From IMG/VR virus record IMGVR_UViG_3300028833_000053: 64,000 nucleotides of DNA; one strand, given 5' to 3'. This stretch comes from a virus (Duplodnaviria > Caudoviricetes). The position numbers were made by a program, and so were the translations under genes. This document shows positions 43,773-53,264 of this stretch, one piece after another; the stretch's first letter is position 1, and each line of letters opens with the position of its first letter. Below the pieces are notes generated by a model. The model worked only from the letters and a program-made list of their open reading frames with translations, had not been told where the DNA came from and searched no databases.

Positions 43773-45644
43773 TCAGAGGTCATCGTCCTCAAGTTCGGAG
43801 TCAGGAAGGTCAATTTCCTGGTTTTCATCGTTGGAAGTATCGTAAATGTCCTAGATGCTCAATCCAAAGGTGACATTGTATGTTCCACCACATTGATCGC
43901 AGTAGAAACTTGCGTCAAATGTTCCACCCTCCTTGCAGTCGCCTTTCAATATGTCAAGGTCATCAACGGTGCATCCCGTAAACCCGCATCTGGGGCAGGT
44001 GTGCGCCTTGTCGGCTTTATGACTTTCCCTGAACTTCTTGGTGGATTCATCATATTCATCATCACCTGAAAAGTCTGTGGCGTTGTAGGAGCCGAATTCC
44101 TCAAGGTAGTCCATGAAGGATTTTGGATTTGTCTCAATCCACTCGCGGATTTGTTCATCGGAAGGCTCTTCATATGGTTCAAGACCAAGTTCCTATTCAA
44201 GAAGAGGATATTGCCTGCAGTCCTTCTTGACAATATAGTAAACGTCATCCCAAGACATTTCAACATCAAGTGGTTCAACATACACGGTTGTACCCCAATC
44301 CTGTATTCCAGGCGCAATGTCCTTTATGGATTCCTTGAACATCAGGATTTTCCCCTTGTTTGTTTTATACATGTTTCCACTTTCTGAAACATATTTCAGT
44401 TTTCCGTATTTCTTCGTGAAGTACCTGGACTTCTCAAATCTTTCCTTTGTCACGTTTATCTTCTTCATAGATTCGTTGAATTCGTTCCTGTTTTTGGCAC
44501 GTATGGTTTCCAGGCATTCCGGTTCGCCGTAGATGTCTCCATTTGGCATTTCATATTCGCCACCCATAATGCTTACAGAAACTGGTTTGTCCTCAATGGC
44601 TGAATATTCATCGTATGCTTTTTTGCCATCTTCAACCGCATCGTCAAATGAATAGTAGATCTTTGCGTATTTCATTTCATCAACCACTTCGTATTCCCCG
44701 TATTCGTCCATACGTTCAATTTGCAGCGTGAACACTTCCTTCTTTTCGTTTTTCATTTCTTTATGTCCTCTTGTAGGGCTTTCAATCGTATTTTCGGAAA
44801 CGGGCGTTGCCTTTGGCTTCATGTATTCGCCATCAACCTGGTCGGTCTATGGCATGTCTCCGCGTCCATGTGCGTTTGGCGTTGGCCGAGCCTCGTCCCT
44901 CATCACCAACACGTTGTTCCACAGATAGTTGATGGGTTCTTCCTCAATGTACTTGGCAAAGGTGTTTTGTGCATCTTCACTCATCGTGGACTAGCACCAT
45001 TTCTTGAACGCCCCCTCGTCAATCGTGTAGAGGTTGTATTCTGAATCCACCGTAGCCTGTGGCAACTCTCCACCATCCTTCGCTATGAACAACTGCATCT
45101 GCACCAGCTTCAAAACATCGTCCGCGCTTTTGAACATATCGGACTTTATCACGCGCGCAATCATCTTCGCGTCGGGGTTCAAGCAGTAGATTTGGCTCCA
45201 TCTGTGGTGGCCGTCAATGATGTAGCTTACCCCATCAACTTCAGCGACAACAAGTGGCGTGTCCTTGATTATGACGGGCTTTCCAGAGAACGCCATGTCA
45301 ATCATTTCCGGACGCTTCTCCAATGGGAACGCCAGGGACTTTTCCATGTCAACCTCGAACTGGGTTGGATGGATGTTGCGTATGTCCATTTCCGTTGCGT
45401 TGGAGAATTGCACGGAAACGCCGTCGGGACTGTTGAACTTGTCAATGATTGCATCGCGCAAGTTCGCCACTTTCTAATCCGTAGCCAGTGTGTTCAAGTC
45501 GTCTATGAACGCCTCGTAGTTGTCATCCTGCAACGCCACCATCGCGTTGTGGAAATCGCGTTCCGTGTCGCCGGTTGGCTCTATTTCATTTATGCGCTTT
45601 CCACCAAAATCCGTTTTACGTTTCTCTTTCAATATCACTTTCAT
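43773..45644 (-). CDS. Modular protein with ParB/Srx-like domain and C-terminal Zn ribbon (~623 aa, five TAG=Gln)
   Basis: 'IIDGHHRW' ParB-like motif, CPRC...CDQC; TAGs at 45474, 44991, 44847, 44193 and 43851 are all in one frame. Confidence 0.65.
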
Positions 45645-45656
45645 CTTAAAGTATCC

Positions 45657-46673
45657 TTATGCGAAGAACACCTCTTGCCCAAACGAGGTTTCCGCTCTCA
45701 AATTTTCCACTATCTTGTCAAGTTCCTGTTGCCCCTCGTCTCCAATCTTCGCCGAGACGTTTCCTCCACCAGGCAACGTGATTCCTTCGTACTTTCCACG
45801 AATCTGCCCCAACATTATCTTGCAGTATGCCAATGTCAGTTTCTTCACATGCTCGTTGCAGTACAGTTCATCAAGCGGTGGTTCAATTTCAGCCTCAATC
45901 ACCATTGGAACGCCCCATCTTGGGTCCGGTCTACCGTGTAACTCCGGATACGGCCATAGTTCCGAATGGTATGGTGGCGGCAAGTTGCCGCATCCCCTTG
46001 GCTCCGGTATCAACACAAGGCGTTTCGCCACTTTGTTGTATTGCCAATCTGGGTTCGTGGAAAGAACGCGCTGTGCCATCTTCTTGAATTCAACGAAATT
46101 GTGGTACGTTATGAAGGAACCAGCAAGGTTGCCGCTTCCGAAGTTGCCCGTTGAAGTTCTGTTTATCATCCAAGGAAGCACAACGCCCCAACCGGAAAAA
46201 TCCCAACCATACTGCACGTCATACACTTGCACAACGTTTTCCCTTGACAAGTCTATGCCCACGGCGGGAACGTATTCCCTTGAGGACTTCAACAGATACT
46301 TCTTTGGGAACGAGGCGTACTTGGTGTACATGTTCAAGGCGTTTTGTATTGCCGCGTCATAGTGGTTCTCACGAAGTTCAATGGTCACAAGGGGATAGCC
46401 CATCATCGTCATAACGTAGTCAATCAACTCGCGCTTGCTCTTTATAGCTGGATGAAGGAACGTGGAGTCGGGATCAACATGGACTTCCTCGTACTTGGGA
46501 TAGTCTTTCAACGGTGTTTCTTGTTCCGTCTTGAGATACGTTATGTGTTCCGCTTCCCTTGCTTCGTGGATTTCCTTGTGCGTGGCATCACTTACGTCCG
46601 GCTTGATTTGCAATATGCGGTTCAAGCCAGCCACATTCAGTTCGGGAAGTTTGTCTGTTGTCGTTATTTTCAT
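45657..46673 (-). CDS. Neck/head-completion protein, T4 gp13-like
   Basis: 'SKRELIDYV..MMGYPLVTIEL...HYD.AI..AL' and 'KIMLGQIRGKYEGITLPGG'. Confidence 0.85.
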   Translation of the reverse strand: MKITTTDKLPELNVAGLNRILQIKPDVSDATHKEIHEAREAEHITYLKTEQETPLKDYPKYEEVHVDPDSTFLHPAIKSKRELIDYVMTMMGYPLVTIELRENHYDAAIQNALNMYTKYASFPKKYLLKSSREYVPAVGIDLSRENVVQVYDVQYGWDFSGWGVVLPWMINRTSTGNFGSGNLAGSFITYHNFVEFKKMAQRVLSTNPDWQYNKVAKRLVLIPEPRGCGNLPPPYHSELWPYPELHGRPDPRWGVPMVIEAEIEPPLDELYCNEHVKKLTLAYCKIMLGQIRGKYEGITLPGGGNVSAKIGDEGQQELDKIVENLRAETSFGQEVFFA

Positions 46674-46674
46674 C

Positions 46675-47106
46675 TTAAATTTCCAGCTTTATGGAGTAGA
46701 TGCCAAGGTCAGCGCATTTGGTGAAATCCAATATCTTCACGGGGACTTCCTTTCCAAACTGGCTTCCAACCAGGGTTGCCGCATCCCCTTTGTGGAACTG
46801 TTGGACGTATTTCTTCTTTGGCTTGCGTTCACCACTTCCTGAATTCAAGGAACCTGCAACTGCGGCAGCAACCGCCGCGACATTCTCAAACATCTTTTCT
46901 TTCAGGTATATGTCGCAAGTTTGGTTCTTCTTGATGTAATCGTGTATGTATCCAACTTCCTCACGTCCATCGTCGCCAACCAACTTCACTTCCGGCAAGT
47001 CGCCGAAAGCGTCCTTTATCTTCTTCCATCCCGATTTGAGTGAGTCCATGAAAGATTCGTTGTGGATTCTGCGCCACTTTATCCTATGTTGAATATGCGT
47101 TGCCAT
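46675..47106 (-). CDS. Small hypothetical protein (candidate head cargo)
   Basis: 'IHNE|SFMDSLKSGWKKIKD' resembles 'FNE|GWLGDKVKAGWNKVKD' in 37087-38367; GTAAATA at 47130. Confidence 0.6.
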   Translation of the reverse strand: MATHIQHRIKWRRIHNESFMDSLKSGWKKIKDAFGDLPEVKLVGDDGREEVGYIHDYIKKNQTCDIYLKEKMFENVAAVAAAVAGSLNSGSGERKPKKKYVQQFHKGDAATLVGSQFGKEVPVKILDFTKCADLGIYSIKLEI

Positions 47107-47337
47107 TTTGGATTTCCTTTACTAACTGGTATTTACAAACAACGCACGTTATTTCCACATCTGAAAAATTCACCAGTTCAAAAGTATTTACCATTGGGGT
47201 ATAAAATTTTTACAGGGTGGTTCGGATTTGGGGTTCTTCCGTGTAAATAATATTGAACCATGGATTTTGGATAGGCTATCCGAAATGAACATGGATAAAA
47301 ACAACACAACAAACAAAACAAAGAGGTTATAACTACA

Positions 47338-50300
47338 ATGGGAAATAGAACAATCAAAGCCCCAGGTGTAGAGATTATCGAGCACGACCTATCTGGTTAC
47401 ACAACCACCAACTTGGGTACGGGCTGCCTTATCACTGGTTTTGCGCAGAAGGGTGAAGACCTGGTTCCGATGAAGATTACGAATCGTTCCAGCTGGCTTC
47501 TCAACTTCGGCGCTCCTACCAACGAGGCCGAGGAATATTTCTACAACGCTGGTATGGAAGTTCTGAATCAGGGCGGATTCCTTTGGGCCGCGAAGATTCC
47601 TTATTCCAATGACATCGCGGGCATTTATGCCGCTGCGAAGTTCAAGGTTTCGGGCAATTATGGCTTGTATCGCAAGAGCAAGGAAAGTGGCAAGTACATT
47701 GAAGATGAATTGGATGCAGATGGAAATGAAATTGCCGCAGGAGGAGAGGATGACACTCTGGTTGCCGCCTACGCCGTTGATGGCTCACTTGGACGTTTCT
47801 GCAGGAACTACCGTTCTCTCAAGGAACTTGGCATCAACCACCTTCAGCTTATTGCTCCAGCTGGAAACGAATTCATTTCCAATGATTTGGTTGAGGAATA
47901 TGAGACTGGCGAATCCGAGCCGGGTTCAAATACAATCTATTTGGTTGACAAGACCAGGGCAATCTACACAAGAACCACGGAAATTTCTGACAAGCAGGAC
48001 AACCGCGACTCACGTTATTGCATTGGCATTGTGCCTGTGTTGACAACTCTTTGCAACACCGCGTATTTCCAAAGCAAGTCCACTGGGGTTGTGGCCGACG
48101 TTCCAGAGTTGTATCAGCCCGTGCGTTCGCTCAAGACCATCACGTTCCCTGCAGGCGCCGCTTCCGATGCTGAATATCAGCCAACGAAGTTCACGAAGGA
48201 CGATCTTCACACGCCTTTGATGAAGGAAGCCAACGTGTTTGAGACTTCCCTTTCCGAAAGGGCGGCTATGATTGGTCAAAGCTGCCTGGTGAACGGCAAC
48301 CTCGTTGATGGCAAGTTCAAGCCTTATGTTTGCAATGACGTTTGCGTTGTTGTGTTCAAGGCTTTTGTCTCCACTGAGGATGGCAAGATTGAGTTTGAGC
48401 CCGTTGAGACGTTCGTTGGTTCTCTTGATCCAAAGGGGCGCAACGAGAAGGGCTTGACGACGTTCATCGACACCATCATCAACAACAACTCCGAGTACAT
48501 CTACTGCTTCTCCAACCTTGAGAATCCAGAGAAGGTGTTGAACCCAGATCACGGTTTTGTGGTTGGTTCCGACAGCGAGTATGGTGAAATCGAGGGGGAT
48601 TTGAAAGATACCGACGAGTATATGGCCGCAACTGAATTTTCAGCATATGCAGCTCAAATGCTCGGCTTCGATCCCGATCAAGAAAGTGAAGAAGGGATTG
48701 CTTCTGCATTGAAAAAATATTACAATCAGGATGCCAAGGCTCAGGTTTGCGTACTAGATGAATTGGTAATGGGAGGTAACAAGAATCCAACTTGGATTGC
48801 AAAGCATTTGTGTCCATATGACACTAATACTACGGACACCCAGGAATACGGTAACTATTCATCAGCAATGAACCTTCTTGATACAAACGATGTAACGAAG
48901 AAGTGTATGACTGGGTATATGCACATTCCAGAAAAGTTCATTGTTCAGGAACCCACGATTTCCTATACAATCACACCGAAGGATGACAAGACCTCTACCG
49001 CAGAGGTGAAGGGAGATATTGGAATTGTTATTACACGCAAGGATGACATTACGGATGATGATAAGAAGTATCTTATCGAGTCCTATAAATATTCCTTGAA
49101 CATAGGTGTGCCAACTGACGACGAGGATAAATATCGCCTTAATTGCATTGAGGGAATGGACTTGGGTTCATTGAATATTTTGAATTCAACTGACTATATA
49201 CGTGCCATTCTTAACTTTGAGGAATTGATTGACTTGAAGGACTTGAGCAAGGAAATTGATCCAAGTGGCACTCCTGCAACCGAAGTTACTACGGTAATGA
49301 AGAAAAAGGCAATCCAAGCTCTCATTCTCAGTTCCATAGAGAAGAGTGGAAGGTTCAAGATTCGTTTGCGCAATCTTAAGAAGTCAAAGATAAACCTTGA
49401 CAAACTTGAGGAAAAGTTTAAGAATTATTGGACGAATTATACTGATAATGATAAACGAGAGGCTAGTGATGAAGCAAAGTACATCAAGGACTTGTACAAT
49501 TCCTACTTCGAGACTGGACTTCTTTCCGGAATCTTCTTCGTGCATGATAACACAAACGAGAAGAAGACGCGCGGTGCGTTCCTTGAGAAGGATGCCTTGG
49601 AGAAGAAGTTGGATGATATTGTGAACGTCACTTCCCGTGATGGTGAAGGGGGAGAAGGTGGAGAAGGTGAAGGCTCCAAGGAGGGTGAACCAACCAAGGA
49701 TGGTGAACTCACCAATGAAACCTGCTACAGGTACTTGAAGCTCAAGGCATATCTCAACTCAGTGTACTACAAGAACGAAGCATCAATGCTTGAGGCACTT
49801 GCCAAGATCCTGGAAGATTGCGCCTATGCCCAGAAGCGTTATGTTGAGTCCCAGAGGAACATCGACGACTCCAACATCATGCTTGGTTTCTATCCTGAAA
49901 TGGCTGAGCCAATCATCACCTACACCACAATCGCGCAGTCCTTGAACAAGATATTCGACACCATGTCGGACATCCACACTTCTGACATTGACGTGGTTTG
50001 CGACGCCGGTATCTCCAATATTGCGCAGTTCGTGAAGCAGGTCTATGACCCAAGCGCGGACGATGGCGAGGATGTTGGTGGTCTCTACAACCCAGTCAAG
50101 TACAGCTCGTACTTCAAGTTCAACAAGAACACGGACTTGGCGTATTGGAAGACCATCATCTACAAGTACGATACCTTCTGCAAGTTCCGCGGCGACTGCA
50201 TGTTCTGCGCCGACGGTCCTCGTGGAATGGTCTTGATTGGAAACAAGCAGGTGGTGCGCAAGACCAAGAAGGACACTTCCGTTGACCTCAACATCTTGCC

Positions 50301-50967
50301 ATACTTGAGCAAGATTGCCGGCATCAACACGTCCTATGGCGCGGGCTACCTCAACTGGTACCGCACGATTTCCGACTACACCGGAGACACGTTGTGGGTG
50401 CCGCCGTCCATCAAGGCTATGGGTACTTACATCCTCACGGACAAGCAGTACAACTGGTGGGATGCTCCCGCAGGTATGCGCCGCGGCGTTATCAACATGG
50501 TGGAAACCTCCTTCAACCCAACAAGGTTGCAGGCTGGTGAAATCTACGATGTGAACTGGAACTACGCCATCCACTACATCAACGATGGTATCATCCAGGA
50601 AGGTCAAAAGACGTTCCAGACGAGGCAGAGTGCGCTTGACCGCGTCAACGTGCGCCGTCTCATCGGACGTATCAAGAGGTATGTGTACTTCGCGTCCCGC
50701 CAGTTCCTCTACGAGGCACATACAAAGGCAATGCGCGAGAAGTACGTCAAGACCCTTGAGCCGTTCTTCCAGGATTTGGTCAACCGAGGTGGTCTTTACG
50801 ACTTCAAGATCATCTGCGATGCGACCAACAACACGCCCGAGGTCATTGACCGCAACGAGCTCCGCGTCAAGATTGGCATCAAGCCCGTCAAGACCATCGA
50901 GTTCATCATCATCGACCTCTGCGTCCTCAACACGGGCGCAAGCTGGACGGAAATGGATGCCGTCTGA
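47338..50967 (+). CDS. Tail sheath protein paralog 2 (gp18-like, 1209 aa with a large insertion)
   Basis: 'APGVEIIEHDLS', 'WWDAPAGMRRG', 'GQKT..SALDRVNVRRL', 'KPVKTIEFI'; GTAAATA at 47243. Confidence 0.92.
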   Translation: MGNRTIKAPGVEIIEHDLSGYTTTNLGTGCLITGFAQKGEDLVPMKITNRSSWLLNFGAPTNEAEEYFYNAGMEVLNQGGFLWAAKIPYSNDIAGIYAAAKFKVSGNYGLYRKSKESGKYIEDELDADGNEIAAGGEDDTLVAAYAVDGSLGRFCRNYRSLKELGINHLQLIAPAGNEFISNDLVEEYETGESEPGSNTIYLVDKTRAIYTRTTEISDKQDNRDSRYCIGIVPVLTTLCNTAYFQSKSTGVVADVPELYQPVRSLKTITFPAGAASDAEYQPTKFTKDDLHTPLMKEANVFETSLSERAAMIGQSCLVNGNLVDGKFKPYVCNDVCVVVFKAFVSTEDGKIEFEPVETFVGSLDPKGRNEKGLTTFIDTIINNNSEYIYCFSNLENPEKVLNPDHGFVVGSDSEYGEIEGDLKDTDEYMAATEFSAYAAQMLGFDPDQESEEGIASALKKYYNQDAKAQVCVLDELVMGGNKNPTWIAKHLCPYDTNTTDTQEYGNYSSAMNLLDTNDVTKKCMTGYMHIPEKFIVQEPTISYTITPKDDKTSTAEVKGDIGIVITRKDDITDDDKKYLIESYKYSLNIGVPTDDEDKYRLNCIEGMDLGSLNILNSTDYIRAILNFEELIDLKDLSKEIDPSGTPATEVTTVMKKKAIQALILSSIEKSGRFKIRLRNLKKSKINLDKLEEKFKNYWTNYTDNDKREASDEAKYIKDLYNSYFETGLLSGIFFVHDNTNEKKTRGAFLEKDALEKKLDDIVNVTSRDGEGGEGGEGEGSKEGEPTKDGELTNETCYRYLKLKAYLNSVYYKNEASMLEALAKILEDCAYAQKRYVESQRNIDDSNIMLGFYPEMAEPIITYTTIAQSLNKIFDTMSDIHTSDIDVVCDAGISNIAQFVKQVYDPSADDGEDVGGLYNPVKYSSYFKFNKNTDLAYWKTIIYKYDTFCKFRGDCMFCADGPRGMVLIGNKQVVRKTKKDTSVDLNILPYLSKIAGINTSYGAGYLNWYRTISDYTGDTLWVPPSIKAMGTYILTDKQYNWWDAPAGMRRGVINMVETSFNPTRLQAGEIYDVNWNYAIHYINDGIIQEGQKTFQTRQSALDRVNVRRLIGRIKRYVYFASRQFLYEAHTKAMREKYVKTLEPFFQDLVNRGGLYDFKIICDATNNTPEVIDRNELRVKIGIKPVKTIEFIIIDLCVLNTGASWTEMDAV

Positions 50968-50990
50968 TAATCATTCGGAAATCCATAATG

Positions 50991-51026
50991 AAACAAGGTC
51001 GTTCCTTCGGGAACGACCTTTGTTTT
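50991..51026. terminator. Intrinsic terminator with cUUCGg tetraloop
   Basis: AAGGTCGTTCC-TTCG-GGAACGACCTT flanked by A and T runs. Confidence 0.85.
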
Positions 51027-51044
51027 ACTCTGTGAGAAGGGTTT

Positions 51045-51398
51045 TTACCTCTGAATCACTTTGTTCGTCACGCAGTTGATATAGGTGTCTGTCAATTCAA
51101 TGCCAATCTGAGCAAATTGGATGTCCTGGTTCTGGTCAACAACGAACACCATCTTCCTGTTGAGACATGGACATTTGGGCGAATGCGTCAATCCGCTTCT
51201 ATGTGTTCCCGTCATGATGAGATATTCATGCCCGTCAACTTCAATGTATCTGAAGTACCATTCGCCATTACCATTTCCAAGGCGTATATGGAATTCGTTA
51301 TGGTCGTCTTTTTCAGCCATGAGGTTTCCTTCCGCGTTCCTTGGGGATTCCGAGCATCCAATGAGGAGGCATAGTCCAATTGCAAGCAGTTTCCTCAT
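51045..51398 (-). CDS. Putative lipoprotein
   Basis: 'MRKLLAIGLCLLIGC' lipobox-like signal; AGGAGG RBS. Confidence 0.6.
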   Translation of the reverse strand: MRKLLAIGLCLLIGCSESPRNAEGNLMAEKDDHNEFHIRLGNGNGEWYFRYIEVDGHEYLIMTGTHRSGLTHSPKCPCLNRKMVFVVDQNQDIQFAQIGIELTDTYINCVTNKVIQR

Positions 51399-51399
51399 G

Positions 51400-52224
51400 T
51401 CAATCCTCCTTGTATTCAGGTTCAGGCATGTAGAACATGTCCTTGCCAAGGAACTGGTCAGGTCCGCGGCGCTTGAATTCCGTTGCCTCCATGCGATTCT
51501 GGATTTTCTCATAAGTTCCATCATTGGGGAAGTCCGCCTCGCCATTGGGAAGATAGGGGGCGCGGATGCAGCGGTCAAGCCAATCGTAGCTGAACCCAAT
51601 CTTGTCCTCGTCCGTCTTTCCAGTCAAACCATCCGACGGAACCTTCTCCACAAGGTCTTTCGGAATCTCGTCCATCGTCAAGCCAATGGCAACCACCTCG
51701 TTCTTTGTGAGGTTGATGAGTGGCTTCATGTCGCCGCATTCGTCTCCCCAGCGCGTGAAGTAGCCGGTAAGGCATTCCGAGAGGTTGCTGGTGTTGATGA
51801 CACGTCCGCCAACCGTCTGACTGACAGCATAGAGCGTTGTCATGCGCAGACGTGGCGCGATGTTGATTGTGGTCTGTTCCGACAACTGCGTGTAGTTGTA
51901 CCAGCCCTTTAACGCCCAGAGAACGTTGTTGGCAACGCCCTGGTATGCGTCATTGATGTTGACGGTGATGTTCTGGATTCCAAGTGCCTCGCAGACCTTG
52001 AACGAATCGTCAATGTCTTTCTGCTCCCCATTCGGCATGAGAACGCCAAGAACGCGCTCCTTGCCAATTGCCCTTGCGCAAAGCGCGGCAACAATCGTGG
52101 AGTCCTTTCCTCCCGAAATGCCAATCACCGCCCTGCTTGTCGGACCGTTCTTCTCAAACCAGTCCTTAATCCATTGAACCAGATTGTCCCTGGTCTTTTC
52201 TGCATTGAAGTAATTCATGTTCAT
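51400..52224 (-). CDS. nadE: NH3-dependent NAD+ synthetase
   Basis: 'GISGGKDS', 'RLRMTTLY', 'N.SE...GYFTRWGD', 'PSDGL..KTDED'. Confidence 0.92.
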   Translation of the reverse strand: MNMNYFNAEKTRDNLVQWIKDWFEKNGPTSRAVIGISGGKDSTIVAALCARAIGKERVLGVLMPNGEQKDIDDSFKVCEALGIQNITVNINDAYQGVANNVLWALKGWYNYTQLSEQTTINIAPRLRMTTLYAVSQTVGGRVINTSNLSECLTGYFTRWGDECGDMKPLINLTKNEVVAIGLTMDEIPKDLVEKVPSDGLTGKTDEDKIGFSYDWLDRCIRAPYLPNGEADFPNDGTYEKIQNRMEATEFKRRGPDQFLGKDMFYMPEPEYKED

Positions 52225-52225
52225 T

Positions 52226-52411
52226 TTAGTTTGTCTCCTTTGTCCAATTTGTTTTCCACTTTCTGTCCTGGTTTGGAAATGGGCTACTGCCACGTTCAAT
52301 CCAGGTTTCAACTTTCAATTCATATCCTCTTTTAACCATTGACACAACGAAGTCAATTTCATTCATGATTCCGTATGCCAATCCATTTGCCAATTCCTGT
52401 TCAACATCCAT
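52226..52411 (-). CDS. Small hypothetical protein
   Basis: 61-aa ORF packed between its neighbours. Confidence 0.45.
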   Translation of the reverse strand: MDVEQELANGLAYGIMNEIDFVVSMVKRGYELKVETWIERGSSPFPNQDRKWKTNWTKETN

Positions 52412-52414
52412 TTT

Positions 52415-52867
52415 TCAGATTTCCTTTGTATGCACGATGAACTGGAACACCTCTCCGATGTGTTTGAAATACTTGTCCCGGTTGTCAGGATTGTCGTTGC
52501 GGTACGTTGTGAAGGGAATTTCCTTGTCCCCAAGGAACACCAACTGGATGTAGTCGGTGTTGGGCTTGAACTCCCAAAGTCCGTCCGTGTCGTACTGGTA
52601 CGCCTCATCCGGGAACTTCTCCCCAACGTGGAAGATTGTGGCGTAGCACAGGAACCCGCTTCTCTGCCCGCGCAATTTGCTGTAGTCATGGTTGAACATC
52701 ACTATGTGGTCGCTATTCATTTCAGTTTCTCCTCGTCTTTTTTGGATTTCATTCCGATTTGCTTTTAGAATTGCATCACATATTATCTCGCCAATATCAA
52801 TGCCATATCTCTCCTCAAAATATTCATCAAGTTCGGTTGACCAAACTGACTCCAATTTGTTTTCCAT
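52415..52867 (-). CDS. Hypothetical protein (possible internal start at 52720)
   Basis: Both ATGs have the same GAGA..CTGAAATG context. Confidence 0.5.
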   Translation of the reverse strand: MENKLESVWSTELDEYFEERYGIDIGEIICDAILKANRNEIQKRRGETEMNSDHIVMFNHDYSKLRGQRSGFLCYATIFHVGEKFPDEAYQYDTDGLWEFKPNTDYIQLVFLGDKEIPFTTYRNDNPDNRDKYFKHIGEVFQFIVHTKEI

Positions 52868-52868
52868 T

Positions 52869-53081
52869 TCAGCTTCTCCCTCTTTTTGTCGGTGGTCGTT
52901 CCATTTTCCTTCCACATCCAGGGCAATACCTGTACTTCTCGTGAAAGGTCTTGATTTTCTCCTTCGCCTCGTTGGTGGAATTCCAATCCGTGTACTCGTT
53001 GAATCCGCAATTTGAGCAGGTGGCATACTCGTATTCAATGGACTCCCAATGCGCTATTGGGGTATAGTTGTCGTTGTCCAT
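52869..53081 (-). CDS. Small Zn-ribbon protein
   Basis: 'W...CSNCG...YCPGCGRKM'. Confidence 0.65.
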   Translation of the reverse strand: MDNDNYTPIAHWESIEYEYATCSNCGFNEYTDWNSTNEAKEKIKTFHEKYRYCPGCGRKMERPPTKRGRS

Positions 53082-53095
53082 TTCAGTTTCCTCAG

Positions 53096-53263
53096 TTATG
53101 GGAGAATTATTGAGTCGCTTGCGTCAGCAATCTCATCTTTGTCCAGCCACAGACCAACACGCACTTTCATATGACCGTCCCCTTCAGGGTCGCACATGAC
53201 GCTGAGACTTGCATGTTGCCTCAGGTATTCCTTGATGGTGTTTTCAAGTTCTTCCTTTTCCAT
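53096..53263 (-). CDS. Small hypothetical protein (55 aa)
   Basis: MEKEELENTIKEYLRQH...; starts just after the NAMPT-like stop. Confidence 0.5.
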   Translation of the reverse strand: MEKEELENTIKEYLRQHASLSVMCDPEGDGHMKVRVGLWLDKDEIADASDSIILP

Positions 53264-53264
53264 T

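Noticed and set aside
48500-49860. Intein or intron in the large sheath gene
   Set aside because: No C/S...HN-[CST] splice motifs or LAGLIDADG blocks seen; the frame is continuous.
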